64,000 nt of DNA from an uncultured Gammaproteobacteria bacterium (GCA_964536725.1 CAZHYJ010000006.1:482-64481); one strand, 5' to 3'; positions 10,498 through 20,251 are shown, numbered from the stretch's first letter. The notes: generated by a model from the sequence alone, not told the origin. A program made the numbers and translations.

Positions 10498-10525
10498 AAA
10501 TATCCCGACATTAGCCGGGATATTT
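10498..10525. terminator. palindromic hairpin (aaatatcccg...cgggatattt) after rpsA
   Basis: 10-bp stem. The same stem sequence recurs at 12885-12916. Confidence 0.45.
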
Positions 10526-10546
10526 CTTCTGTTTTCGAATTCTTGC

Positions 10547-11722
10547 TTACTCAGCTTTTTCTGCCTTCACTTCTTCCACTACTTCCTCTTTTGCCTTCTT
10601 CTCTTTCTTTTCTTTTGACTCGGTTTTGCCTTTAACACCGGCAACCCGCAAACCTAAACGATGTTCGGTTGGTTCTAAGGAAACCACTTCAAACTCAGCT
10701 TCTTGGCCGATCTTGAATTTCTCAGTAACATTCGTCATTGGCTCATCAGACAACTCAGAAACATGAGCTAACCCATGAATTTCTTTGTCCAATGCCACCA
10801 TCAAACCGAATGGTTCAACTTTGATAATCTTACCTTTCACTTTGGAACCGATTTTGTATTTTTCTGCTACTTTTTTCCAAGGATCGTCTACTAAACGTTT
10901 GATGGAAAGATAGATCTTGGAGTGATCCAATTGGATAATTTGAGCCTTAACATGATCACCCACTTTTAACAAATCTCGTGGATGCTCAATTCTCTGCCAA
11001 GCGATTTCGGAGATATGTACTAAACCTTCCAAGCCCTCACCAAATTTCAAGAAGGCACCAAAGGCAGTTAGAGCACTAACCTCACCATTAACAGTGTCAC
11101 CAATCTTGTATGATTCCAACACTGCTTTCTGGGCATCTTCCCAAACAGCGCGCTCGGAAACAATTAATTTCTCGTCTTTCTCTTCGGCATCGATAATCTT
11201 CACTTCCATTTCTTTACCGATCAATTCTTGTAATTTTTCGAAGATACGATTCTTGTCGCCACCAATTACTCGTGGGTAGTGATCTGGGTTAAGCTGTGAT
11301 ACGGGCATAAAACCTTTTAAGGCTTCTACCTGCATCAACACACCACCTTTGTTGGCAGACAATGCTTTGGCTTTGATCGTCAAACCTTCGCGCATCCATT
11401 TCTTCATGTTGTCCCAAGCCTTGCGATAACCAGCAATACGGAAAGATAGTTCCATCTCGCCATTCTCATTTTCCAAATCCAAAACAGTGGCTTCAGCTTC
11501 ATCGCCAGTTTTTAAACCAGCGTATTCACGTGATTCAGCAAACAATTCGCGACCACGTACTACACCAGTAGTCAAACCTTCAACATCGATACGCACTGCA
11601 CCTTTGTCGACGGAAATGACTTTGCCTTTGATAACATCACCAACTTTTGGAACGTTAACTGCATAAGTTTGCAAAATGGTTTTGAAGTCCATTTTAGCTG
11701 TCTTTTTAGCTTCTTCTGTCAT
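10547..11722 (-). CDS. rpsA: 30S ribosomal protein S1 (short, four S1 domains)
   Basis: Repeated S1 domain signatures (GxV.G.V..I...GAFV). Confidence 0.88.
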   Translation of the reverse strand: MTEEAKKTAKMDFKTILQTYAVNVPKVGDVIKGKVISVDKGAVRIDVEGLTTGVVRGRELFAESREYAGLKTGDEAEATVLDLENENGEMELSFRIAGYRKAWDNMKKWMREGLTIKAKALSANKGGVLMQVEALKGFMPVSQLNPDHYPRVIGGDKNRIFEKLQELIGKEMEVKIIDAEEKDEKLIVSERAVWEDAQKAVLESYKIGDTVNGEVSALTAFGAFLKFGEGLEGLVHISEIAWQRIEHPRDLLKVGDHVKAQIIQLDHSKIYLSIKRLVDDPWKKVAEKYKIGSKVKGKIIKVEPFGLMVALDKEIHGLAHVSELSDEPMTNVTEKFKIGQEAEFEVVSLEPTEHRLGLRVAGVKGKTESKEKKEKKAKEEVVEEVKAEKAE

Positions 11723-11821
11723 ATATTAAACAAAAAAAATCTGCTTATCCCTTCCGCTCGAGGCGGATTGAGTGCTGACCACTAAATCGGGTCGGCTTGG
11801 AAACAAATATTTTATAAGGTG

Positions 11822-11850
11822 AGTATACTAAAATATGGCGGTTTTGTCAA
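11822..11850 (-). promoter_or_regulatory. consensus sigma70 promoter for rpsA (TTGACA-17-TATACT)
   Basis: Reverse complement of 11845-11850 is TTGACA. 17-nt spacer. Reverse complement of 11822-11827 is TATACT. The -35 box is 5 bp from the IS end. Confidence 0.6.
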
Positions 11851-11854
11851 GACA

Positions 11855-12845
11855 TTGTACAGTACACCTTCAAGGGTGACACTTGTGCATAACTGCTAAA
11901 CTAAGATATTTCTCATAAGGAGTGAGGCCATTCATGCCCCTACCTTCGTGGGGTCGGTCGTGGTTGTACCAGTGAACGTAGGCTTGTAAGGTGTGCCACG
12001 GTCTAGTTTGATTTAAATAATATTCATCATCAATACTTCGGTTCGCTCGTTCCACTTTACCATTCCAAGGTGCGGATCTTTTTGGTATGTAACGATGAGT
12101 AATGTTTTTGTTAATTAAATATTTGTGAAACACTCCTCTAAATTCGGAACCGTTGTCGGTTTGGATGCCGACGATTGTAAAAGGAAAGCTTCGCTTGGCT
12201 CTTTGGAATGCCCAGATGGTAGCGAAGGAATCTTTACTACTCGCTTCAACGGAATACTGAAGGTTAGTGACGGTGTCGATGAAGCGATACTGGTAGCTCC
12301 AGCTCAGATCCCTTCCTGGGACATATTTCACGTCTAATTGGACGTTTTCTCCTGGTACTTTGGCATAGTGTGGTTGTTTTAAAGGAGTGTACCAGGGCTG
12401 CTTTTTCTGGGGTTTTCTAATCAATCTTTTCTTTTTGTAATATTTGTAGATAATGTTGGTGGTTACTTTTAGGTCATGCTTCTTTTCTAAAAACATCTTC
12501 ATCTTCTTTGGTCCGTAATTGTATTTAATTTTGTTTTCGTAAATTACCATCTTAATCGCCGGTGTCAGTTTGGTGTGTGGGTGCGGCTTACGCCGCACCA
12601 AAGTCCGAAGAACCAGATTGTGATCAAGGTTGTACCATTTGTAATATGTCTTACGGCTGATGCCGAATATCTCACAGACTTCGCTAACAGTCTTACTGTA
12701 TTTCTCGACTTGCAAATACCAACGAGCTCGTATTTCTTTGGGGGCGCTGATTATGGTACCAGACATATGTACTCTGCTAAATATTTAAGGGTTAAAGTGT
12801 TACCCTTAGTTTAGCAGAGTGTTACCGGTTAAGGTGTATTGTACA
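11855..12845 (-). mobile_element. IS481-family insertion sequence (~990 bp) with imperfect terminal inverted repeats
   Basis: Left end TGTACAGTACACCTTCAAGGGTGACAC... versus the reverse complement of the right end TGTACAATACACCTTAACCGGTAACAC..., roughly 40 bp imperfect IRs ending TGT...ACA. Encodes an rve/DDE transposase. Confidence 0.7.
11870..12766 (-). CDS. IS481-family transposase (HTH plus rve integrase core)
   Basis: N-terminal HTH (ISRKTYYKWY). Integrase-core catalytic region with QTDNGSEF. 298 aa. Confidence 0.85.
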   Translation of the reverse strand: MSGTIISAPKEIRARWYLQVEKYSKTVSEVCEIFGISRKTYYKWYNLDHNLVLRTLVRRKPHPHTKLTPAIKMVIYENKIKYNYGPKKMKMFLEKKHDLKVTTNIIYKYYKKKRLIRKPQKKQPWYTPLKQPHYAKVPGENVQLDVKYVPGRDLSWSYQYRFIDTVTNLQYSVEASSKDSFATIWAFQRAKRSFPFTIVGIQTDNGSEFRGVFHKYLINKNITHRYIPKRSAPWNGKVERANRSIDDEYYLNQTRPWHTLQAYVHWYNHDRPHEGRGMNGLTPYEKYLSLAVMHKCHP

Positions 12846-12884
12846 TAGATGTACCTCTTACAATTTATAAAAAGCAAACTATTA

Positions 12885-12916
12885 AAAAATATCCCGATTT
12901 TATTCGGGATATTTTT
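12885..12916. terminator. bidirectional terminator hairpin (aaaaatatcccg/cgggatattttt)
   Basis: 12-bp stem with A-run/T-run flanks, downstream of ahcY. Confidence 0.6.
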
Positions 12917-12927
12917 TAGTATATTTT

Positions 12928-14334
12928 TTAGTAGCGATAATGCTCGGCCTTGTATGGTCCATTTTCTTTTACATCCAAATACTTGGCCTGCGCTTTGGTG
13001 AGCTTCGTTAATTTCACCCCGATTTTTTCCAGATGTAATCGTGCCACTTCTTCATCTAATTCTTTTGGCAAGCGATACACTTTGTTTTCGTATTTGTTAT
13101 TCCACAAACTTAATTGTGCTAATACTTGATTGGTAAAACTAGAACTCATTACAAAACTAGGATGGCCCGTGGCACAGCCCAAATTCATCAATCGTCCTTC
13201 GGCCAACATATATATCTCGTGTTTGTCTGGGAAAATATATTTATCGACTTGTGGCTTAATATTTACTCGTTTCACTCCTTTGGCTTTATTCAATTGATCC
13301 ACCTGGATCTCATTATCGAAGTGTCCGATGTTTGAAACAATCGCCTGGTCTTTCATCTTTGCCATCTGTTCTACAGTGATCACATGGTAGTTGCCAGTAG
13401 CGGTAACGTAGATATCAGCAACCCCCAAAGAGTCTTCGATGGTCGCCACCTCGTAACCTTCCATCGCTGCTTGCAAAGCACAGATCGGATCTACTTCGGT
13501 CACAATCACGCGCGCACCTTGGCCACGTAAAGCCTGAGCACACCCCTTGCCAACATCTCCATAGCCACACACCACGGCGACTTTACCGCCAATCATCACA
13601 TCCATTGCGCGATTTAATCCGTCGATCACTGAATGACGGCAGCCATAGGTATTATCAAAACCGGATTTGGTGACTGAGTCGTTAACATTGATTGCCGGGA
13701 ATAACAATTTTCCGGTCGCTTCCATCTGATACAAACGATGAACACCAGTGGTCGTCTCTTCTGACACCCCTTTTATTTTCTTTGCCACTGCCTGCCAACG
13801 TTTTGGATTTTTGGCATATTCTGTTTTCAGAAGAATCATCAATTCTTGAAAATCCTCGCCCTCATTTTTGTAGTTTTTGTTTAACAACTTCGGATCATTT
13901 TCAACCTCCACCCCTTTGTGGATCATCAAAGTTGCATCCCCACCATCGTCCACAATTAAATCTGGTCCGGTTCCATTGCCAAAATCCAACGCTCTTTCTG
14001 TGCACCACCAATAGTCGATCAAGGACTCGCCTTTCCAGGCAAATACTGGTACACCCGCCTTTGCAATTGCGGCGGCCGCATGATCTTGAGTAGAAAAAAT
14101 ATTACAGGAAGCCCAACGCACTTTTGCACCTAGTGCCACCAAAGTTTCGATCAATACCGCTGTCTGAATGGTCATGTGTAATGACCCGGTAATCTTCACC
14201 CCACGAAATGGTTTTTTACTAGCGTACTTTTTTCGAATCGACATTAACCCCGGCATTTCTTTCTCCGCAATATCCAACTCTTTTCTCCCCCACTCCGCCA
14301 AACTAATATCTTTAATTTTATATTCATTGATCAT
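12928..14334 (-). CDS. ahcY: adenosylhomocysteinase (S-adenosyl-L-homocysteine hydrolase)
   Basis: NAD-binding [10 protein letters not shown] and SAHH signature regions ([12 protein letters not shown]). Confidence 0.95.
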   Translation of the reverse strand: MINEYKIKDISLAEWGRKELDIAEKEMPGLMSIRKKYASKKPFRGVKITGSLHMTIQTAVLIETLVALGAKVRWASCNIFSTQDHAAAAIAKAGVPVFAWKGESLIDYWWCTERALDFGNGTGPDLIVDDGGDATLMIHKGVEVENDPKLLNKNYKNEGEDFQELMILLKTEYAKNPKRWQAVAKKIKGVSEETTTGVHRLYQMEATGKLLFPAINVNDSVTKSGFDNTYGCRHSVIDGLNRAMDVMIGGKVAVVCGYGDVGKGCAQALRGQGARVIVTEVDPICALQAAMEGYEVATIEDSLGVADIYVTATGNYHVITVEQMAKMKDQAIVSNIGHFDNEIQVDQLNKAKGVKRVNIKPQVDKYIFPDKHEIYMLAEGRLMNLGCATGHPSFVMSSSFTNQVLAQLSLWNNKYENKVYRLPKELDEEVARLHLEKIGVKLTKLTKAQAKYLDVKENGPYKAEHYRY

Positions 14335-14352
14335 AGATAGTTTTAAAATTTT

Positions 14353-15291
14353 TTATAAAATAATTTTTTCTTTAAAAGCTTGCTCATAGCGCAAAGCAAA
14401 ATCATCTTTGGTAAATTCTACTTGTGTGCCATAAATCTCAATTGCATAACTCGCCATCACCGCTCCCATCTGACCACAAGTTTTCCAGTTGTAACCCAGT
14501 TCATATCCAACAAAAAACCCAGCCCGGAAAGCATCGCCGGCACCGGTCGGATCATCAAACGAACGTGGCGCGCAGGTGCCAATTTCTATCTCTTCCCCCT
14601 CGCTCGTAGTAACTACCGATCCACGATCCCCTAAAGTGGTAATTAAAACTTTGGCATTTTTTAAAATTTCTTTTGTGTCCCAACCTGTGCGTTCCTGTAA
14701 AAGCTTAATCTCATAATCATTGCCAATGATAAAATATGACTGACTAATCATCTGCTGTAATTCGGTTTCTGAAAAAGCGGTAATCTGCTGACCAGGATCA
14801 AACACTGTTTTGATCTGTTTTTCTGAACACTCCTTTAAATGTTTTTTCATCACTTCTTTGTGGGTTGGGGAAATAATCGCCAAGCTCACCCCTTCTATAT
14901 TACTAACATCAACATCTTTGGCGATATCTAATGGCCCATTGTAAAAAGCAGTCATCTGATTGTCGTCCGCATCGGTAGTGATATATGCCGAAGCCGTCAG
15001 ACGTTTTTCGTCAACTAAAATCTGTTCAGTTTTCAAACCATGGCGTGCGAGATAGTTTACATAATCACGACCGTCAGAGCCAACCGCTGAAACCAAAACC
15101 GGATCAGCACCTAATGATTTAATATCAAAGGCAATGTTGCCGCCGGTACCTCCCCAACTACGCTCCAACCGATCAACCATAAAACAAACATTCAAGATAT
15201 GGATCTGATCGGGCAAGATATGATTCTTAAAACTATCCGGAAAATTCATGATGTGGTCATAGACCAACGAGCCAGATACTAAAATAGCCAT
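14353..15291 (-). CDS. PfkB-family carbohydrate/nucleoside kinase, plausibly adenosine kinase
   Basis: GGTGGN (PfkB signature 1) and DPTGAGDAFRAGF (signature 2). The adenosine-kinase call rests only on adjacency to ahcY. Confidence 0.75.
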   Translation of the reverse strand: MAILVSGSLVYDHIMNFPDSFKNHILPDQIHILNVCFMVDRLERSWGGTGGNIAFDIKSLGADPVLVSAVGSDGRDYVNYLARHGLKTEQILVDEKRLTASAYITTDADDNQMTAFYNGPLDIAKDVDVSNIEGVSLAIISPTHKEVMKKHLKECSEKQIKTVFDPGQQITAFSETELQQMISQSYFIIGNDYEIKLLQERTGWDTKEILKNAKVLITTLGDRGSVVTTSEGEEIEIGTCAPRSFDDPTGAGDAFRAGFFVGYELGYNWKTCGQMGAVMASYAIEIYGTQVEFTKDDFALRYEQAFKEKIIL

Positions 15292-15358
15292 AAAAAAATA
15301 TTAAAATTTATGGCTATAATATATCAGGAAAGATGGGGTTTGTCTAACTAACAACCGA

Positions 15359-16237
15359 TTAACCCATCCCAACCAGATATCTTGGATTTACAACCAACAT
15401 TTGATACAACTCCCTATCGGTGATACCGTTTTTTTTAAGAAGATGGATAAAATCGAGTAGGGCTTCGCTAGGTGATAAACTAAATTTTTGCCCAACGTCC
15501 GAAGACAAAATATATCTTTTTGCTCCAACTATCTTGATTTGTTTGGCGATTAATTCAATCGGTATTTTGTCTATTGAATACATCGAATAACAACATTCAA
15601 TAAAAGCCCCACTGGCTGCTAGTTTTTTCTGTACAGAAACTGGCATGGCAATTTTTTGGTAAATGGGATGGGTAATAATAATCTTTTTTATGCCAATTTT
15701 TTGAGCTTCACCCACCAATTCAACACTCTCTTGCCAGGACAGATGCCCGGTTGCTAATAAAGCGTTACATTCTTTGATTATTTTCAAAACGGAAAATACT
15801 TTTTTATTAATAACACCTTTTTTCTTTCCCCAAATACTTAGACCCTTAGATACTAAAAATTGGCTTTCAGTCTTTTTGTCTCCTAACCATTCTTTAGGAA
15901 CAACAGAACTATTTTTTTTCAAAAAAGGAGCAGCACTAATTGTTGGAAACCAGACGATAACAGAACCACCAGCGGATATTTTTGTTGCTTTAATAATATC
16001 TGGATTCCAACCACCTTGATAAATATTAAGCACCACTGAATTGACGACTAAAAAATCTTTTGATTGTTCTGAAATAGGAAAAATCGCTGGAAAAAAATGG
16101 TTTTTAATTGCCACCCCACGCAATTTTCCTCTTTCCAAACTAACCAAATCTCTAATATCAAACTTACGTGGAATAATTTCTGGCCCAACGTGAACATGTA
16201 AATCAATTGTTTGTTTTAAAATTTTTTTATAATTCAT
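15359..16237 (-). CDS. metal-dependent hydrolase, amidohydrolase-like TIM-barrel fold (DLHVHVGPE)
   Basis: N-terminal D-x-H-x-H metal motif. Start moved to the internal M (MNYKK). Family assignment is tentative. Confidence 0.5.
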   Translation of the reverse strand: MNYKKILKQTIDLHVHVGPEIIPRKFDIRDLVSLERGKLRGVAIKNHFFPAIFPISEQSKDFLVVNSVVLNIYQGGWNPDIIKATKISAGGSVIVWFPTISAAPFLKKNSSVVPKEWLGDKKTESQFLVSKGLSIWGKKKGVINKKVFSVLKIIKECNALLATGHLSWQESVELVGEAQKIGIKKIIITHPIYQKIAMPVSVQKKLAASGAFIECCYSMYSIDKIPIELIAKQIKIVGAKRYILSSDVGQKFSLSPSEALLDFIHLLKKNGITDRELYQMLVVNPRYLVGMG

Positions 16238-16253
16238 ATAATTAAAGTTGGGT

Positions 16254-16283
16254 AGGTGGTGGCTCGTTGTCGAGCCACCACCT
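16254..16283. terminator. 13-bp perfect GC-rich hairpin (aggtggtggctcg ttgt cgagccaccacct)
   Basis: Sits at the AT-to-GC composition boundary, just downstream of the 16291-16974 gene. Confidence 0.45.
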
Positions 16284-16290
16284 GTCAAAA

Positions 16291-16974
16291 CTACAGCCAT
16301 GGAGCGTGTAAATCTGCGGGGAGGAAGTACAGTCGCGGCAGATCGTGATCGACCTCCACATCCTTGGCGCGAGACACCAAAGACATTTTAATCGGGTGGT
16401 AATACTCTTCGATGAGGTCGGCTTCGGCCAGACGTTCAACGATATAGTCCACCGGATTACTACCACGACCCATACGCTTAGCCGTCAACTGGGCGCGCTG
16501 TCTGATACCCAGCGAAACCCACTCCTGCCACTTCTCCTTGGCGACCAACCGATACTTCTCCGCCTCTTCGTCGTAGTCAGACCACAGGCGAAATTCAGCG
16601 GTGGGAAGCAGTTTACTAATCCACTCTTCCAGGCTAAGGAAGTAATCGCTGACTCTGTCGTGAGGCAGATTGTTGATCCGCGTCCCATACAAATCAGCAC
16701 CCAGGAAAAGCCAGCTCCACTTCCGGCCAGGAAGATTCTGCTTGAACTCTTCCCAGAGATCGGCCATGAGCTGAAGAACTTTCACCTCTTTGTCTTGCGG
16801 GTTGATGATACTACCGCGCGCCTCTGAATAGCGCGGTCCCCACGGAGAAAAGAGGGTAACGTCCCCCTGGCGCAAACGCGGGATAACACCATCCTCCAAA
16901 CGGTGCGCCCGACACACTTTGCGAGTGGGATAAAAAGAACAATTGAACCACTTGATCCCCTGATCATTATCCAT
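16291..16974 (-). CDS. hypothetical protein in a GC-rich segment
   Basis: 227-aa ORF with balanced composition. Local GC is clearly higher than the flanking genes. No recognised motifs. Confidence 0.5.
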   Translation of the reverse strand: MDNDQGIKWFNCSFYPTRKVCRAHRLEDGVIPRLRQGDVTLFSPWGPRYSEARGSIINPQDKEVKVLQLMADLWEEFKQNLPGRKWSWLFLGADLYGTRINNLPHDRVSDYFLSLEEWISKLLPTAEFRLWSDYDEEAEKYRLVAKEKWQEWVSLGIRQRAQLTAKRMGRGSNPVDYIVERLAEADLIEEYYHPIKMSLVSRAKDVEVDHDLPRLYFLPADLHAPWL

Positions 16975-17089
16975 GACTAGTCCTCCTTAATGGCAGACTG
17001 TTCTGCCAGCGGCACTTGCCAGTTTTGCACCGGCAACTCTGGCTTCACCTGCCAGCGTGATTTCTACTTTCACTAAAGTACCAATTAGG

Positions 17090-17162
17090 GGTGGCCAACG
17101 GGAATCGAACCCGTATTGTCGGTTCCACAAACCGATGTAATAACCGCTATACCATGGCCACC
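17090..17162 (-). tRNA. tRNA-His (anticodon GTG), genomically encoded G-1, no encoded CCA
   Basis: Acceptor stem G-1 + GTGGCCA / TGGCCAC + C73. Anticodon loop UUGUGGA. T-loop TTCGATT. Confidence 0.85.
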
Positions 17163-17469
17163 AAATAAACAAAAAATCGCCTGGAATAGCGATTTTGCCT
17201 TAAATAACAACCTGACCCAGGTGTGTTACCCAAGGCTTGAGGAATGGTGATTAAAATTTGTCTGCTTTGTTAAATACATATTGTATCACTGTATTAATAC
17301 ATTAACACAAGAAATAGTCTTTGTCAAACCCAACCTGTGGATAACAAAAATCCGCTTGCGAATTCCCTCCCACTTCTATATACAAATAATATACAGAAGT
17401 GAGAGTGCAAGCGGATTGTTTGCATCTCTTGAGACGGTGGCGGTCCGGTTGAATAGAGCATGGTTCCTC

Positions 17470-17874
17470 CTAGCACAACGGGGACGCAGTCGTCCTGCAT
17501 CGCGCCGCCTTACGCACCACCCTGCGACCCTCTATCGCAAAGCCCATCATGGACAAATGGGCAGTGGAATACTCGAGGGTGTTGCTAACGCACATGCGAT
17601 CCCCGTTGGCTTTGCGCGTCCAGGGACTGACGATCAAGATGATGTCGTCTTCCTCCACCGCCAAGTCATCACCGCGGCCGATCTTGCAGCCGAACTTTTT
17701 CTCCATCGCGGAGAATACCCGCAGAGACTCCGCCACAGGTTCAACCACCCGAACGAAAATGTCCGGGCGCTTCACCGTGAAACGGATCGGATATTCGGGT
17801 GTTTCGGCCACGAACTTGAAGCCGCGCGGCGGCTGCAAGTGGTTGGAGTGAAGCACCAGAAACACTTTGCCCAT
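17470..17874 (-). CDS. hypothetical protein in the GC-rich segment (the antisense 212-aa ORF was rejected)
   Basis: Minus-strand product MGKVFLVLHSNHLQPPRGFKFV... has balanced composition. The overlapping plus-strand ORF is R/H-rich and antisense-like. Confidence 0.4.
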   Translation of the reverse strand: MGKVFLVLHSNHLQPPRGFKFVAETPEYPIRFTVKRPDIFVRVVEPVAESLRVFSAMEKKFGCKIGRGDDLAVEEDDIILIVSPWTRKANGDRMCVSNTLEYSTAHLSMMGFAIEGRRVVRKAARCRTTASPLC

Positions 17875-17944
17875 CCTACCCTCCAAGAACACACGAGATG
17901 CCACGATTTAACCACGTAATGCAGTAAAAGTCAATACCGACAAC

Positions 17945-17977
17945 AAAAAACACGTCGATTTTGTCGACATGTTTTTT
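17945..17977. terminator. bidirectional hairpin terminator (aacacgtcga/tcgacatgtt) with A/T flanks
   Basis: Downstream of the TrpR-like gene. Marks the edge of the GC-rich segment. Confidence 0.5.
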
Positions 17978-17990
17978 AAATACTTACTAT

Positions 17991-18314
17991 CTATTTTCTC
18001 TTTTCCAAAGCCGCTTTATACCCACCTTCGCCATGTTCTAACCAGTGTGCAATACGCGTTACTGTTGTCGTGCTCAACCCCGTACTTTCTGCAATATCAC
18101 GATAGGTCTTTCCTTTATCCAACAACTCCACCGCCTGCCAACGCCGCGAAACCTCTTCTAATTCATCCAAAGTTAACAGGTCGCGCAAAAACGCCAACAT
18201 CTCTTTTTCATCTTTCAAACTACTCAACACCCCAGCCAGTCTTTTTAATTTTGTTGTTTTCCATTTTTCCATATTCGAAATGATTGTTATTCTCTCCCCA
18301 ATACTCCACCCCAC
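17991..18314 (-). CDS. TrpR-like DNA-binding protein, YerC/YecD family
   Basis: C-terminal HTH TYRDIAESTGLSTTTVTRIAHWL typical of the Trp-repressor-like YerC family. The true start may be the internal M (MEKWK) at 18272. Confidence 0.7.
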   Translation of the reverse strand: MGWSIGERITIISNMEKWKTTKLKRLAGVLSSLKDEKEMLAFLRDLLTLDELEEVSRRWQAVELLDKGKTYRDIAESTGLSTTTVTRIAHWLEHGEGGYKAALEKRK

Positions 18315-20173
18315 TCAATCACCGTAAAGCCAACACGCGGTAGATGTGACAATTTTTGTTCTTTCACTACAATCGGTTTATCAAGCGGACGATAGTCCAT
18401 TAGAATTCGGATAATTGTGTCTGGTTTGGGCTGTACTGTTAATGGTGCGATTTTGTTCATCGTGTTAGTTCCGTAGAAGGTGACGAAATAATACGGCGCT
18501 TTGGTCATACGTGGTTGCCAAAATTCTATAAAATCACTAACCTCCCTGCCTTGTAAACCTAATTGCACCAACTTATCATTCAAAAATTTATTTACTTCAC
18601 CCCGTGCCACTACAAAACCTTCTTTCGCCTCTGGTTGTTCACCCACACCATTTCCTTCCCAAAACAAGTATGGGTAATTTTTACCATCCGATAAATTTGT
18701 TATCTCACCATCTGGTCTGGCCAACACTTCCCAACCATTACCATATTCCGGTTCAGTATAACTAAATTTTTCTACCTGCAAATTTACTTTTACTTTGGTG
18801 TCTTTTTCTGGGTACAAATAAATCACTGGTTTGCCGCACTCTGCTACTGGAGCAAATTGACCTAATTGCAAAGTCAATAAACGACCCAGTGGGTCAATCC
18901 AAAATACTACCGGACGCATCGCAACAAAACCATCATAACTAATCTTTTCGCCTTCAGAAGGATAATACACACCATCATAAATACCACGCAACACTTCGTG
19001 GTTGTTGTCAACAAAACCTAGAACTTTTAGCCCCGAAACTGTCTTACCTACTTCTTTTAGGTCTTTAACCACATTTAGCCTCTCTGGAGACATAATATCT
19101 AATCTAATACCACCACACCCACTACTACTCCAAGCATGATAACCAGTGACCTTCTGCCCATCGTTATAAACCACGGTCTCTGTCTTTTCTTTGTTGCTTA
19201 AAACACTCGGAATGTATTGGTAAAGACGTTCCCGCCCATCTTTACCCAATATATAAAAATATGCTCCTCCATCATCAGAATACACATCGCCAAAAACTGG
19301 CACTGTGCCCACTTTTTTCAAGGACCCATTACGAAAGACATCGCCAGAATATTTTGATGCTGGTCTAGTTTCCAAGTCAGTCAAAACAACACCTGGTTTT
19401 AATTCTAGCTTTTCTGGAAAATCCAAATATGACATTCTAAAGTTTTTATCAATCTTTATCCGACTAAGCACAATACTACCAAAAGATTCAAACAACGGAT
19501 TGGTTTTGTCTAAAACAATATTGCCGTAATTTTTTAATACAACAACCTGGCTATCATACAAAACAAATATCGGATCAGAAAAATCTGTGCATCCCATCCC
19601 GTCACATGATATATTAGCAAAAACCACTAAACCTTTTTTATCACTATACTCAAACCACCCACCAATATAATACGAAGACAAATATTGATAACCATCATTT
19701 TCTGTCGAAGACACAAAATCATGGTTAAAGAAACCTAAACTTTCAATCGGATAAAAACCAGTCCAGTTAATTTTTTCAGCAATTTCTGTTGGTAATGAGG
19801 TGTATTGAATTGGCAAAGAAGTGCTGCCGTCACCAGAAGATATTTTGTACGGCGCAAGATCAAACGATATACCAGACATTTTAATTACAGTACCATCTAC
19901 TGTAACTGGAATATTGTTTGTTGTTGAAGTTGGTGGCTGATTATTATTAATATTATCTGGCACCACTACAAAATTATTATTATCTTCTTGGTTAGTTGCG
20001 TCTATTGTCGTGTTTTTAATGTCTTTCACATCCCCAGCAACTTTCGTCTCCCCTCTAAAATATCCTCCCAAAAAATACCCCGCTACTACGCTCACCCCGA
20101 TAAACACCACTGCCAATATTACCACCAAAAATGTTGGTAATGACCCTCGTTCGGAAAATTTGTTATCTGACAT
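18287..20173 (-). CDS. large membrane-anchored extracytoplasmic protein, unknown function
   Basis: N-terminal TM (LPTFLVVILAVVFIGVSVVAGYFLG) followed by a ~580-aa soluble domain. Confidence 0.6.
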   Translation of the reverse strand: MSDNKFSERGSLPTFLVVILAVVFIGVSVVAGYFLGGYFRGETKVAGDVKDIKNTTIDATNQEDNNNFVVVPDNINNNQPPTSTTNNIPVTVDGTVIKMSGISFDLAPYKISSGDGSTSLPIQYTSLPTEIAEKINWTGFYPIESLGFFNHDFVSSTENDGYQYLSSYYIGGWFEYSDKKGLVVFANISCDGMGCTDFSDPIFVLYDSQVVVLKNYGNIVLDKTNPLFESFGSIVLSRIKIDKNFRMSYLDFPEKLELKPGVVLTDLETRPASKYSGDVFRNGSLKKVGTVPVFGDVYSDDGGAYFYILGKDGRERLYQYIPSVLSNKEKTETVVYNDGQKVTGYHAWSSSGCGGIRLDIMSPERLNVVKDLKEVGKTVSGLKVLGFVDNNHEVLRGIYDGVYYPSEGEKISYDGFVAMRPVVFWIDPLGRLLTLQLGQFAPVAECGKPVIYLYPEKDTKVKVNLQVEKFSYTEPEYGNGWEVLARPDGEITNLSDGKNYPYLFWEGNGVGEQPEAKEGFVVARGEVNKFLNDKLVQLGLQGREVSDFIEFWQPRMTKAPYYFVTFYGTNTMNKIAPLTVQPKPDTIIRILMDYRPLDKPIVVKEQKLSHLPRVGFTVIEWGGVLGRE

Positions 20174-20251
20174 AAGAAAATATTTACCTTTAAGTATTAA
20201 TTGATTAATACAATACTATACTACCTCATCAGTCGATGATAATCAAGTTAT

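Noticed and set aside
16987-17172. 61-aa minus-strand ORF
   Set aside because: Entirely overlaps tRNA-His and its flanks.
17281-17919. 212-aa plus-strand ORF (and a nested 100-aa ORF) across the GC-rich segment
   Set aside because: R/H-rich, antisense-like composition. Its 5' part runs through the long hairpin and DnaA box. The minus-strand frame gives a protein of normal composition. High GC simply removes stop codons.
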